From contig OX597831.1 in NCBI GenBank assembly GCA_951406725.2, positions 49,290,001 through 49,354,000 of the forward strand: DNA of 64,000 nt, read 5' to 3'. Below the pieces are notes generated by a model. It did no database searches and was not told the origin of the DNA. It saw only the letters and a list, made by a program, of their open reading frames with translations. The DNA is from Octopus vulgaris (lineage: Eukaryota). Positions 1 to 13,275 of the stretch are shown piece after piece. The position numbers and the translations under genes were made by a program. The first letter of the stretch is position 1. Each line of letters begins with the position of its first letter.

Positions 1-27
1 TAGTTATTATGGAATACCGTTACGTTT

Positions 28-509
28 GTGGAGGCGCAATGGCCCAGTGGTTAGGGCAGTGGACGCGCGGTCGTAGGATCGCGGTTTCGTATCCTAGACC
101 GGACATTGTAAGTGTTTATTGAGCGAAAACACCTAAAGCTCCACAAGGCTCCGGCAGCGGTGGTGGTGAATCCTGCTGTACTCTCTCACCACAACTTTCT
201 CTCACTCTTTCTTCACGTTTCTGTTGTACCTGTATTGTGTCATGCTGAATCTCCTCGAGAACTACGTTAAGAGTACACGTGTCTGTGGAGTGCTCAGCCA
301 CTTGCAAGTTAATAAATGAGCTGCGACGTCATTGGTGCCAAGCTGTATCGGCCTTTGCCCTTGGATAACATCGGCGGCGTGGAGAAGGAAGGCTGATATG
401 CATGGGCGACTGCTGGTCTCCCATAAACAACCTTGCTCAGACTTGTTCCTCGGAGTGTAACTTTCTAAGGTGCAATCTCATGGTCATTCGGGACCGAAGG
501 ACGTCACAA
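28..509 (+). mobile_element. tRNA-derived SINE, working family A, full length
   Basis: Head GGAGGCGCAATGGCCCAGTGGTTAGGGCAG with A-box TGGCCCAGTGG and B-box-like GGTTTCGTATCC. Body matches the reverse-strand copy at 2344-2783; ends in a (TA)n tract. Confidence 0.85.
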
Positions 510-513
510 TATA

Positions 514-554
<41 letters not shown>

Positions 555-633
555 GTACACATACCTATATACATATATTCCTATATTTATATGCATATAT
601 ACACATGCACACACATACACAAACTCATGTTAC

Positions 634-1024
<391 letters not shown>

Positions 1025-1591
1025 TATATACATATATACATGCGTATATGTACGTTCATATGTTTACTACTATGCCATATTAGCTACTATTATGAGATTT
1101 TATTTAAAAGAAGAGATCAGGTCAACGGAGAGTGGAAGAGATTGTGTCTGTGTGGTTATTCGGTCTTTCAGTTGGAAACTTCAAGATATCTTTTCCAGGG
1201 CGAAAAACTTTAGTATTCGATTACCTATAACTAGGCCCCTTATCTAAGAGTCACTATTCAATCGTATACTTCCATGAAAAAAATGTGAGACACTCTGTGT
1301 AAGCTAAATGAAATCATTGTAAAATAATTAAGATTTCCTAAGTTGTAAAGAATATTAACGTTCGAAACGCTAACTGGAATAACAAGAAAATTGTAGAAAA
1401 GCTGCGTAATAGTCATATCAGACGTAGCATGCAGACCATCATATAACTTATATTATTTTTCTCTTTCGTTTTACGTTGACATGCGCATTGCCTTTTCCTT
1501 GTTCACTTTCCTTTTATGAATTCGGTATACGCATGCGCATTGTGTTCAAGCTTCTTTTCCCGGTTCCTATTCAAAAGGATTTATACGTATA

Positions 1592-1991
1592 CTAGCAGTA
1601 TCGCCCGGCGTTGCTCGGGTTTGTAAGGGAAATAACTATATAAGCATTTATAGAGAGTTATAGTAAAAAAATAGCAAAAAATGCATTAAAAATGGGAAAA
1701 AAATGATGGTAAATTTTATTTTTAATCGTTGACTCATCGTAGACATTTTTAGAGAGTTACTTCCCTTATATAATAGCGAAAAAATGCATTAAAATGGAAA
1801 AAAATGATGGTAAATTATTTTTAAAATCGTAGACTCATCGTAGACGCGCGCTAATACCCAGAAGGGCTCGATATGAATCACAACTATAAGATACCCGGTT
1901 TTGGTTAAACTGCACCGCAAAATGTGGGAGTAGTTAGGAATCTAAATCGTAGGAGACAGACAGCACGCAACCTCACTTTTATATATAAAGA
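1592..1991 (-). mobile_element. non-autonomous Helitron
   Basis: Minus strand starts A|TCTTTATATATAAAAG and ends with hairpin CCCGAGCAACGCCGGG followed by CTAG|T. Inserted between A and T with no TSD; internal ~100-bp tandem duplication. Confidence 0.8.
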
Positions 1992-2249
1992 TTACAACCA
2001 TCACATGAACGTGCGTTCGTAGGGGCGTTTCGCGCTCCGATAGTTGTGAAAAATTTCAACAGAAATCTAAAGCCTTTGGAAGAAAGAATTCAGAAAGAGA
2101 TGGTGATATCCCTGTATCTCGGGGAAGGAAAACATTTTGATGGAACCGTTTGCAATTTTGCAAATTTGAACAAAAAATACGAGTTGGTAAATTTTTTCAC
2201 AAATTTGTTTAGTTTTGTATTGTAGAATTTCAATTACACACACACACAC

Positions 2250-2338
<89 letters not shown>

Positions 2339-2343
2339 GTTGT

Positions 2344-2781
2344 GTTGTGACCCCCTTCGGTCTGGGCAAGGTTGTTTATGAAAGACCAGCAGTCACCCAT
2401 GCATACCAGCCTTCCCTCTCCACGCCGCCGATGTTATCCAAGGGAAAGGCAAAGGCCGATACAGCTTCACACCAGTGACGACACAGCTCATTTATTAACG
2501 TCCAAGTGGCTGAGCACTCCACATACACGTGTACCCTTATCGTAGTTCTCGGGGAGATTCAGTATGACACAGAGTGTGACAAGGCTGACCCTTTGAAATA
2601 CAGGTACAACAGAAACATGAAAAAAGAGTGAGAGAAAGTTGTTGTGAAAGAGTACAGTGGGGTTCACCACCACCTCCTGCCGGAGCCTCGTAGAGCTTTA
2701 GGTGTTTTCGCTCAATAAACACTTACAATGTCCGGTCTAGGAATCGAAACCGCGATCCTAACCACTGGGTCATTGCGCCTC

Positions 2782-2783
<2 letters not shown>
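2344..2783 (-). mobile_element. SINE family A copy
   Basis: Reverse complement of 28-509 with small internal deletions; flanked by (CA)n. Confidence 0.85.
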
Positions 2784-2833
<50 letters not shown>

Positions 2834-2914
2834 TACATACATACGATCTAACCATTAAGATAAGAGACCCCAATATGACAAATTCCGTCTAATTATAAGG
2901 ATAAATTATAGTTT

Positions 2915-3084
2915 TAAGATCCACAAAGATCAGAACTATTGGTGGTCCAGATCGGATATGCAGTCTATGTGGGTATCTTTTCAAAACATTGTCTGGCTTA
3001 AGACGCCACATCAGATTCCATGATAGTTCTAAGGTGGGTGTAGGTACAGGAGGTGGTCAAACTTGCATAAGGAGTAGACAACCA
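2915..3084 (+). mobile_element. 3' end of RTE-like LINE (terminal C2H2 finger plus tail)
   Basis: 2959-3021 encodes [21 protein letters not shown], a single C2H2 finger typical of RTE ORF C-termini. Followed by stem-loop GGTGGTC...GACAACC and an AT-rich tail. Confidence 0.55.
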
Positions 3085-3168
3085 TTATATATATATAATT
3101 TAATAAATAAAATATATGCATACATACATACATATATGTACGTACCTACATCTATATGTATATATACA

Positions 3169-3277
<109 letters not shown>

Positions 3278-3389
3278 AAGTACGAATGAGTGGATAAACG
3301 AAAGAAAGAGGAATTCTGTACATTTAGTAAGAGCGACATGCGAAATTGGTCCCATGTGAAACTTAAGTCCTACGGGAGGGAATCAAATT

Positions 3390-3454
<65 letters not shown>

Positions 3455-3569
3455 TAATAATAATAATCTACAGAAAATAAAGGAGCTCACAAGCGCAGGG
3501 AGGTAGTGAGTACAGCTTAAGGAATCGGGTGAGTATCCCTTCAGAAGATGGAAAACAAATCGATCAACA

Positions 3570-3643
3570 AGCTTCGCAGGGAATCGAACCCTGCACCTCT
3601 CAAATTCCGGCTGAGTGATCTGACCATTAAGATAAGAGACCCC
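3570..3643 (-). pseudogene. tRNA-like sequence (pseudo-tRNA or repeat head)
   Basis: Minus strand has A-box-like TATCTTAATGG, anticodon-like arm CTCAG/TTGAG and T-arm CAGGG-TTCGATT-CCCTG. The acceptor stem does not pair. Confidence 0.5.
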
Positions 3644-4212
3644 CGTGATGACAAATTCCGTCTAATTATAAGGTTAAATTATAATTTTTTCGAATTTTGG
3701 AACATTTAGTAAGCAAACTTATAAGCGCCGCTCGTGTCGGTAAGCTCACAAACGCAGATCAAAATTAATTTGCCATGTAAGAGTGTACAAACCGAAAATT
3801 AAGAATTTATCTTTTAGAAATGTTTCATGTAGTCAACATCTAGACATTTGTGTAACTTCAAAATTCTAGATATTTTTTTGCTTTGAAAAGTAAAAAAAAA
3901 AAAAAGAAGAAAATGAAAACTACGAAGACAAAAAAAAAAGAAACAAAGAAGTAAAAGAATATTTTATACGAATATTAAATTCAAAACTAAACCAGAAATA
4001 GTCAACTTCGTCGATACAGATAACTCTATAACACGTGTGACTGAAAAGTTGTACAACGAAAGTGCTTACACACAATACGAAAACTTTATTCAAAAATGTT
4101 CTTGCTATAATGGTTTTCAAAAAATGTAAATAAAAAATTTAAATAGTTAATAACTTTTAAGAAAATCTTTCTTTAAAATATTGTAACTGTATCAATTATT
4201 TTTTGCAAAAAC

Positions 4213-4320
<108 letters not shown>

Positions 4321-5152
4321 CATGTATGTATTACACACATATACAATTATGTAAGAAAATCGCTAGCGAAAGAGAACTTCCTCAGAACTTAAAAGCCTTG
4401 GAAACTCTGTTATGGATTTTAAGCAGAATAAAATCTATGGATTGTATTCTAAAACATAGTACATATATTTAAAATACTTCTAAGGTAACTTTGATTTTTT
4501 TAAACTATTAAAACTAATGGCAAACATAGCAGTTAAAACGATAGTCAAAATTTGGTTTTAGCGGCGGCAATAACTATGTTTAGTAGCTTTTAAGGTACTT
4601 GGAACTAGTTTTCATGAAGTATGAAGTTTGGAAACAATTGAAATGAAGAGTCAACAGCAGCAGTTAAAGTTATACATAAGTAGACGGTGTCTAGGCGATA
4701 AAAGGAAGAATTAAATTTTGACATTTAAATGGTTAAAAATTGCATTTCGTTTTATAAAGGCTAGACAATTACATTTGAGATAAAAACCACTGCAGGGAAA
4801 TTAGGAAGAGCGCGTGCATATGTGCGTATATGTATGTGTACACATACATAACATACATGCATACGTATGTGTGTGAGTGTGTTTGTCTGTGTATGTGTTT
4901 GTGGTTGTGCGTGAATGTGTGTGCTTGTCTACCTGTATATATTGTAGCTTTAACAACTGTATTAAACTTTTATATATATAATGGCTTTTAAATGGTAGTC
5001 CGGTACATTTTAGCTCTTTAAGAACCGAGCAAACAAGTACGCGACCCTTCCCACACCTACAAGTACATAAAGACACAATATCCAGTGCATGCTTAATGCA
5101 TCATTCACACAAACCCATTAGATAAGAATATTTGAAAAGAATATATATATAT

Positions 5153-5746
5153 TATTTCTTTTATTCGTTTCAGCCATGCGGCTGCGGCCATGCTGGGGCA
5201 CCACCGTGATTTTGCACCCTTTCTACAGCCTTCTTATTTTGCTGATTTCTTCAAAGTGTGGGGATTTCATATCACCAGGCTTGCATGTGCCTTTGCCCTG
5301 GTTGTTGGCTCATTTGATGTTGCCTTCATCTGTACTTCATGCCGGACGTTGGTTCATCTGGTATCGTGGATAGGAGAATGTTCAGTTCCTTTTTGAAGAC
5401 ATCCATATCCGAGTTCTGAAGGTGTTTTAAAAACTTTTTGGAGCTGAGCTTTGAAGAGATGTGGGCTTTTGAACCCTAAACTATTGCAGTATCTGGTCCT
5501 CACTTTAGATGGGGTGGATGGTACCTTTGGTACTACACAGCGGCGTCCAGTTCGGACATTTGTATAACAGTTAATGCCGAAATTAGGTACAAGCCCTTCC
5601 AGAATTTTTCATTTGTGGATTATTACATCTCTCTCGTGTCTTCGCTCCAGGGAGTAAAGTCGTAGCCTTTTCAGCCTTCCCCTGTAGTTCATCTGCATTG
5701 TTACCATATTTTTAGTGTAGTGACGTTGAATTGATTTGGTCTCCGC

Positions 5747-5747
<1 letters not shown>
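5153..5747 (-). mobile_element. 3' fragment of CR1-clade-like LINE
   Basis: Minus-strand translation NYRGRLKRLRLYSLERRHER...KILEGLVPNFGI...TIPDEP (with stops), resembling CR1-type ORF2 C-termini, followed by a 3' UTR and tail. Confidence 0.75.
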
Positions 5748-5785
<38 letters not shown>

Positions 5786-6286
5786 ACACACATGCTGACA
5801 CACACACGCTGCTATTCAGTATGTAAGAAGTTCTCTATCCACAAGGAAGTAAATGAGTATGTAGGAATATATGTCAATTGTTGCCCTGAAGGAGATTTTT
5901 ACCTTTTGAATTCATAATGCAAAATATGAATGAAGGTGTGAATAGAAACGTGAGTAGGCAACATGAAATTGACCATCATAAAAATAAATTTATTTTTTCT
6001 GTGTTCACGCTTTCCATTTTCTTTATATCATATTATTAGATTATTTTCTCCTACAACGGATAGATGAAAACATGTATAACGACAACTGGAACTTTATGAG
6101 TGTTAAGCACTAATATCGAAGAACCATCAATGAACACCAATACTAATACAAATTAACAAATTCCTGGAAAATTAATTGATATGGAGATAATATGGAGAAA
6201 ATTAATTGATATGGAGATAAAGACTTGGATAATATACATCGCTGTGAAAGAGCAACCTCTTTCCATTAGAAACTTCATAAACACTC

Positions 6287-6363
<77 letters not shown>

Positions 6364-6862
6364 AGAATTGGAATCAACATTAATACCAAACAATAATCTT
6401 TATATCCAACTTAAGAAAGATGCCTTGCTAAACACCGAATAGTGCGTTATTATCTTTGAAAGATAAAATCCTCTCATACAGGTTGGTACATAAAAGCACA
6501 CACATAGATCGTAGTATACAGATCGTAGCAGACGATAATCTTCTGTCTTGGCCACCAAGATTTCCATATCACGTGATTTCGGTCTGCTGGGTCTCATCTT
6601 TGGAAGTCACCAATCACCACATGCCAGCCAAATCTCGTTTCTACGATATATAGAATATCAGCGTCTTTTCAGATACTCTTGCCAGCAGGCTTATTAAAAC
6701 TTATTAGCGATGGATGCGGTATTAATAGCAAAAGATAATCTTTATAGCCAACTTAACATGGAGGCCTTGTTAGAACAACGAATACTGCGTTATTAGCATT
6801 GGAAGATCTTCACATGTAGGCATTTCGTGCATAAAAGCACACAGAAAGACTGTAGCAGACGA

Positions 6863-7509
6863 GGGGGATATTTTTCCGTAATCCTAAAGTGCATAAGCAG
6901 TGGTTAAGCAAGGTTCAGCTTCCGGAAACTGTCGCTAAACGGGAGTTTTCGAACACAAAGTGATGATTTGCGTCTTGTGGAATCATGAAGGTATAAATCA
7001 CTGGAAATTTGTTCCAGTCGGTCGAACCATCGATATCAACCTGTACTCTGAACAGCTGGATCGGATGTATTCCATTGTGCAGCCAAAATATTTGGCATTG
7101 GTTAACAGAAAGCAATCTCTTTTGCAACAAGACAACGCAAAACCTCATACTGCTCGAACGATTCTGAATAAACTCCAGGAACTTGAGGAAATCGAACTGA
7201 TGCCACACTCAGGATATAGTGCGGACCTAGCTCCCTCGGATTATTACTTGTTCCGATCTATAAATCACTTCGTGCGTTCGCGTTGCTTCATCAACCAAGC
7301 GGAGGTGGAAGCTTTAGTGAAGGAATTCTTAGCCTCGAATAACAAGAGCCAGTATTAGCATGGGATCGAAGAAGCGACAAAAAGTGGGTTCAGATGGCAC
7401 AACACAATGGTCTCTTCTTTAAACACTAACTTGGCTGCTTTTGTTGTAACTTGACAAATAAAGCAAATAAGTTACCAAAATATTGCAAAACTTTTGATTC
7501 AACACAATA
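6863..7509 (+). mobile_element. mariner transposon, 3' half (decayed DD34D transposase plus right TIR)
   Basis: ORF 6960-7358 has QDNAKPH and HSGYSADLAPSDYYLF (YSPDLAPxD motif); premature stop and upstream frameshift. Mariner-like end ...CTTTTGATTCAACACAA|TA. Confidence 0.9.
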
Positions 7510-7512
7510 TAA

Positions 7513-7721
7513 CTCTCTCTTTACTCTCTCTTTTACTTGTTTCAGTCATTTGACTGCGGCCATGCTGGAGCACCGCCTTTAGTCGAGCAAATCGACCCCG
7601 GGACTTATTCTTTGTAAGCCCAGTACTTATTCTATCGGTCTCTTTTTGCCGAACCACTAAGTGACGGAGAAGTAAACACATCAGCATCGGTTGTCAAGCA
7701 ATGCTAGGGGGACAAACACAG

Positions 7722-7764
<43 letters not shown>

Positions 7765-7927
7765 CGACAGGCTTCTTTCAGTTTCCGTCTACCAAATTCA
7801 CTCACAAGGCATTGGTCGGCCCGAGGCTATAGCAGAAGACACTTGCCCAAGATGCCACGCAGTGGGACTGAACCCGGAACCATGTGGTTGGTTAGCAAGC
7901 TATTTACCACACAGCCACTCCCGCGCC
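7513..7927 (-). mobile_element. tRNA-derived CORE-like SINE, working family D, full length
   Basis: tRNA-like head (GGTTCAGTCCC), CORE-like CTTGGGCAAGTGTCTT, internal (TA)n/(TG)n, tail CCAGCATGGCCGCAGTCAAATGACTGAAAC. More than 12 copies in the window. Confidence 0.85.
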
Positions 7928-8070
7928 ATAAGTGGCAATGTTTTGCAATTCTCTTTAACATGTCATCCCGGAAGATTCTAACATGGGTTAGTTAGTGAGA
8001 AAGAAAGAAATTAATCGATGGTGCTTTATTAGTGAAATGCAGATGTGTGTATAACAATTTATTGTTGTTT

Positions 8071-8300
8071 AAAGGCGAGCTGGCAGAACCGTTAGCACGC
8101 TGGGTGAAATGCGTAGCCGTATTTCGTCTGCCGTTACGTTCTGAGTTCAAATTCCGACGAGGTCGACTTTGCCTTTCATCTTTTCGGGGTCGATAGATTA
8201 AGTACCAGTTACGCACTGGGGTTGATGTAATCGACTTAATCCGTTTGTCTGTCCTTGTTTGCCCCCTCTATGTTTAGCCCCTTGTGGGTAATAAAGAAAC
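8071..8300 (+). mobile_element. tRNA-derived SINE, working family C
   Basis: A-box TGGCAGAACCG, B-box GAGTTCAAATTC, core GACTTTGCCTTTCATCCTTTCGGGGTCGAT; TSD AATTTATTGTTGTTTA on both sides. Confidence 0.85.
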
Positions 8301-8304
8301 AAAT

Positions 8305-8760
8305 TTATTGTTGTTTAATCCACTCCAGTTCAGGCCTTACTCTAGAAGACCTAATATCGAAAGCATTCCAGCTGACCATTCTATTTCTTATTCGGGTTCT
8401 GTGCACCATGGAGCACAAAAACATCATTTGTCTATAGTTCTAGTCGGTGGATGTGTTTCGAGGAAAGCATTTGGTTTCTATTGCTTGTGGGACAAACAAC
8501 TATGAAGAAGCTCGCTCGTTAGTTAGTTGTTCAGTTGAGAATTTTTGTCTGCCACTGTAACAAAGAAATTGTAGGAATGAAGAGTTTTTTTTTATCTTGG
8601 AGCAATCGGTCTCTAGTCAACCGTAATTGTAAAAGCCTGCGATCAAGGACATTCCTCTCGAGAACATCCGGTTGCCTGTTCTGACGCAGTGCATCATGGA
8701 ATGTATAGTTCGATTTAAGAGAGAAATTTAGCTTTTATTCTTAGCACATCGACCACGTTA
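8305..8760 (+). repeat. old diverged interspersed repeat, working family E (two partial copies)
   Basis: Similar motifs (GTTGTTTAA..CAGGTC..GATCAAAG.CATTCCAGC...ATTTGG.TG.TATTTCTAGCA) recur near 22420-22610, 27770-27970, 34340-34530 and 62655-62900. Confidence 0.5.
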
Positions 8761-9825
8761 TTCAACGGTAGAAAGCTTGCACATATTGAATTAAGGAAAT
8801 TTGCATTAACTAAGAATTTTTGGTCTCGGAGAAACATGGATGAGTGTCAAATATTTCTGAAAGGAAATAATCTCCACGTACGGAATAAGGTAAACTATTT
8901 ATTATATTGTAAGATGTGGATGGATAGATTAATAAAATCAAATGAATAAACGAGAGAAAGAGATCAAGAGAGAGGTGGTGGTGGTGGGGGGGTTATTTTG
9001 GCAAACATAGCTGATCAGAGTGCCTGGGCACTTTTTGGACGTTTGTCAGCTAAAGTTGCCAATATGCTTCGTGACAACTTCAACAAACCGACCGATTATA
9101 TTGCAACAAAATTATTAGTAGCCTTTTACGAACACTAAGAACACTCAATACAATTTTACAGTTCAGTCCTTTTAAGATGTCTCTAGACAACTCTTTATGC
9201 ATTTCTATACTGTGAAGCAGAGAGCTTTAACGTTTCTGATATATATATATAGCAAGTTGAGATGAAATGTTTACTGCTGTTAAGGGATGTATAGATCGGG
9301 CAAGCAACACCAGTAAACATCAGTAAATACGTTATCTCTATGACAAACGGTTCTACCAGGAGCGTTCAGCTGTTTTTCATCATGTCAGTAAATTTCTTTC
9401 CCGGCTTTCTTTGTATTAGTATTTGTTCATCAGCTTCGAAAAGTTCTATTAAAGACACTTCTTTCTTAACTCCATTTTCCACTCAAAGGCAATAAATCAA
9501 CGTGGGAATATTTACTAAATTTGATAGAAATTACGATCTACTATTTGTAAAAATGGAAGGACATATTGGACTGTATACCGCATTTACTCGTATGTTGTTA
9601 AGTCGTATCCCTAATCTATTGTTAAATCTTGGTAAAGATTTCCCCACCTCCTCATATTCAGTCTTCTTATCAGTTTTGACCCGTGTATCAGTTGCATCCC
9701 GGGTTGTTTTCTGTTAAAATCAAATGTAAAATAGTGTGATTTATAAACGAGCGAAAAAAAGATACTTACAAAAGACAAAAAAAGAAAAAAAGTTAGTTAT
9801 GGCCCGGATACTTTTGGTTATAAGT

Positions 9826-10103
9826 TTTGTTTGTTCCTTCTCGAGCCATGCCTGGCTCAAAAGGGCCGGTTTCCAGGTTTCTTTGGCGTATAGGTTTCCC
9901 ACCTGGACGGGACGCCGGTCCGTCGCAGGTGAGCTGCAAGATGCAGGAGGAGAGAGTGAGAGAAAGTTGTTACCTTCTGCCGGAGCCGCATTGAGCTTAG
10001 GTGTTTCGCCCATAAACACACACATCGCCCGGTCTGAGATTCGAAGCTGCGATCCCTCGACCTGCGAGTTCGCTACTCTAACCACTAGGCCATGTGCCTC
10101 CAC
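9826..10103 (-). mobile_element. tRNA-derived SINE, working family B
   Basis: Head related to family A, distinct 3' body ending CTCGAGAAGGAACAAACAAA; second copy at 57810-58118. Confidence 0.85.
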
Positions 10104-10516
10104 GGTTATAAGTTTACTAGGTCGAAACTAATCAACAGCAACAATAACAACATTAACTACAACAACAATAACAACGAATATACGATATTCACTATTAATT
10201 CTATTATTTCTCTTCCGACGAATACAACTTGTAGATTTACAATCCTTATTTCATGAACTACACTATTAAAACTGCACTTTACTGATCCAAGCTTATAAGT
10301 CAATGTTCTTTCAACAAAACATTTTAATCCAGTCAGCTTCATGTCTAGTTTTTTAATCGAACGTCCATCAGGGGTTGACTTATCGAACATAATCTGACAT
10401 AGTCGAACAACGCAAACAGACAACGGATAGCAAAATATAACTGGCATACAAAATAAACTCCAGCATACATACAAACACATACATACATACATACATACAT
10501 ACATACACACACACAT

Positions 10517-10550
<34 letters not shown>

Positions 10551-11008
10551 TACACGTACCGTTCGCCTACGCGCTCACCTACACGCAACACACACAGCTA
10601 GCTAAATTGATTGGAAAATCATTGAAAGCTTTTAAAGCTGTCAAAGAACCTTGCGTAAAAATACAATAAAGTAATGAAGTTGGTGCAACCTGTAGAATGT
10701 TGGACTTTTCTTTTAACGGTTTGTAAATTGTTTCATTCGGCTTTATTCTTCCCAATATATCTTATTTGACGATCAAAATACTAAAAGCGAAATTTAATAA
10801 ACACAACAGTTAATTGGAACTTTTAGAGGAGTAGGTAAAAATTCAAAAGAAAAGCTCACGGAAACTGTACACACGTTTCTTAACAAATTAATAAAATGTA
10901 TAGCAAAGAAAGTGTCATCACAATGATGCTTATTTATGTTGGAAGAAACGGTTCTCCAACAACTTCAGAATCAACGAAACTCTGATAATGCACAATGATT
11001 ATAATATA

Positions 11009-11840
11009 CGAGGTCTGATTAATAAGTATCCAGTCTGTTGCCATAGTAACGAAGCTAAAGCACACAGAGTGAAGCCGCTGGGCACAGATTGACCTTGAAC
11101 TCTGTTGTGTATGCACACTAAGTTTTAACGTTCTAGATCACTTCTGCTGTTTACAGCAGTGCCTGGGAGGAAGATGTGTAGCATGTGATCGTCGCATGGG
11201 CCATGACAGAGAAAGTTATCATGGCGATACCCACTCAGAGGCCTACGCAGATTTGTAGGAAGTCTATGGAGACGAGTGTATCAGCTGCACACAAGTGTAC
11301 GAGTGGTTCAGACATTTCCAAGAGGACCGAAAACATGTCGATATTGACGAACGTTCTGGGAGACCCACAACCAAGAGAACTGAGAAAAACATCGCAGATG
11401 TGCGTGCAGCTGTGAGGGGAAATCTTCGAATCACCATCTGTGAGTTATCAGAGGATGTGCAGATTAGTTACGCTTCAGTTCAGTCCATTATCACTGAAGA
11501 TTTGGGTATGAAACGTGTGTCTACCATGTTTGTGTCAAAACTGCTTTCAGCTGACCAAAAGGACACTTGGGTTTCAGTTGTACAAGATTTCTTTGATTGT
11601 GTCGAGAACGATGAAAACTTTCTGAAGACTTATGTAGGCCTTTGAGTAGGTATCGCCAAGCTTTTGGTAAAATTTGATGCAGATTTTCTGCTCAACTTTC
11701 TGTCATGATCAATGCGACGATTACACGTCAAACACCTTCCTTCCAAGCACTGCTGTAAACAGCGGAAGCAAGCTAGGGCGTCAAAACTCAGTACGCATGC
11801 ACAGCAGAGCTGAAAGTCAATCTTTGCCAAGTGGCTTTTC
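11009..11840 (+). mobile_element. internally deleted foldback mariner (N-terminal HTH remnant between inverted 5' ends)
   Basis: TA|CGAGGTCTGATTAATAAGTATCC TIR. ORF 11295-11645 YEWFRHFQ..DDERSGRPTT..RITICELS..IITEDLGMKRVS is a mariner N-terminus; about 11632-11838 is an inverted copy of about 11070-11250. Confidence 0.8.
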
Positions 11841-11844
11841 TCTG

Positions 11845-11990
11845 AATCGACTCCAGTACTTGTTTTTTAAGCCTGATACTTACTCAAGCGGTCTGTTTTG
11901 CCGAACTGCTAAGTTACGGGAACGTAAGCACACCAACACCGTTTGTCAAGTGGTGATGGGGGAGACAAACACAGACACATACACACTCAT

Positions 11991-12023
<33 letters not shown>

Positions 12024-12178
12024 CGACGGGCTTCTTTCAGTTTCCATTTACCAAATTCACACACAAAGTTTTGGTAGGCCCGATGCTATAGTAGAAGACA
12101 CTTGCCCAAGGTGCCATGCAATGAGACTAAACCTAAAAGTATATGGTTGAGAAGCAAGCTTCTTACCACACAATAACT
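11845..12178 (-). mobile_element. SINE family D (tail truncated)
   Basis: Matches 7513-7927. Confidence 0.8.
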
Positions 12179-12194
12179 CCTATATATATATATA

Positions 12195-13275
12195 GGATTT
12201 AGAAAGTATATTGAAAAGGCATGGAAGAGATACCTAGACGACTGCTTCATAATCTGGACAGAATCTCTAAATACACTGGAAGAGTTCAATATCCTCCTGA
12301 ACAACCTACACCCATCTCTCCAATTTACAAAGGAGATGAGTAGTACCAAATTACCATTCCTAGATATAATGGTAATTAAAAAAGACACCACCATCACCAC
12401 AGATATATACTATAAACACACAGACACACATCAATACCTAAATTTTAAGTCGTGCACCCACCACATACAAAACGTAACATCCCATATTGCCTAGCCAGAA
12501 GAATTTGTACCATTGTAGAAGATACAAATATCAGGAACAAACGCCTAATAGAACTAAGAGAATTTTTGCTCAAACAAAAATACCCATCTCTACTTATAGA
12601 AAATGGCATACAGCGGGCTATAAAAATACCCATACAACAACTTAGGACAACCCAAGGAAGAGGAAAACAAGAACAAGTCATACCATTCATAGTGACACAC
12701 AATCCATGTCACCAGAATATCTTCAACATTGCCAAAGCAAACCTACCAATCATTGCCCAAAGTAATGAAATAAAAGACATAATCACGAATCGAGCTATGT
12801 CTAAGGTAAAAGACAGCCTAAAAACTTGAAAACATTACTAACAAAGGCAAAATTTGACCTTAGCAACAAAGACCAAACATTCACTGTATCTAAATGCAAT
12901 GATAACTGATGTGGCACATGCCAATTCATACATACCGGCCAATATATAAACACAAAAACCGGGAAAATATTCACAAACGCGAATATGAACTGCAAAAGCA
13001 GAAATTTAATTTACTGCATCAAATGCCCAAATTGTGAAGAAATATATGTAGGTCAGACGGGAAACGCACTATCAGAACGCTCACGTGTACACCGGCAGCA
13101 GATTAGAGACCCAGAGGTCCGTCAGATACCTTTGAGTAACCACCTAGCAACATGTGGCCGGAAAATGTATATAATATTTCCGTTCTACAAATTACACAGC
13201 CCAAGTGAAATCGAGAGGAAAATCAGAGAAAAGAATTTTATTGATAAATTCGAACCCAAGCTAAATAAGCAATAA
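12195..13275 (+). pseudogene. Penelope RT-GIY-YIG ORF remnant (frameshifts and stop)
   Basis: WKRYLDD (YLDD at 12231-12242), LPFLDI, TDIYYK.TDTHQYLNF, HTKRNIP; linker KCNDN*CGTC (Neptune-like Cys linker); GIY-YIG NLIYCIKCPNCEEIYVGQTG..R...H, ending PKLNKQ*. Confidence 0.9.

Noticed and set aside
28-105. Functional tRNA genes at SINE heads (also 26015, 26586, 58040-58118)
   Set aside because: They continue into SINE bodies and lack a paired acceptor stem and terminator.
2959-3021. C2H2 zinc finger as part of a host ZNF gene
   Set aside because: Single finger with no TGEKP linker or splice context; it runs into a stem-loop and AT-rich tail as in RTE 3' ends.
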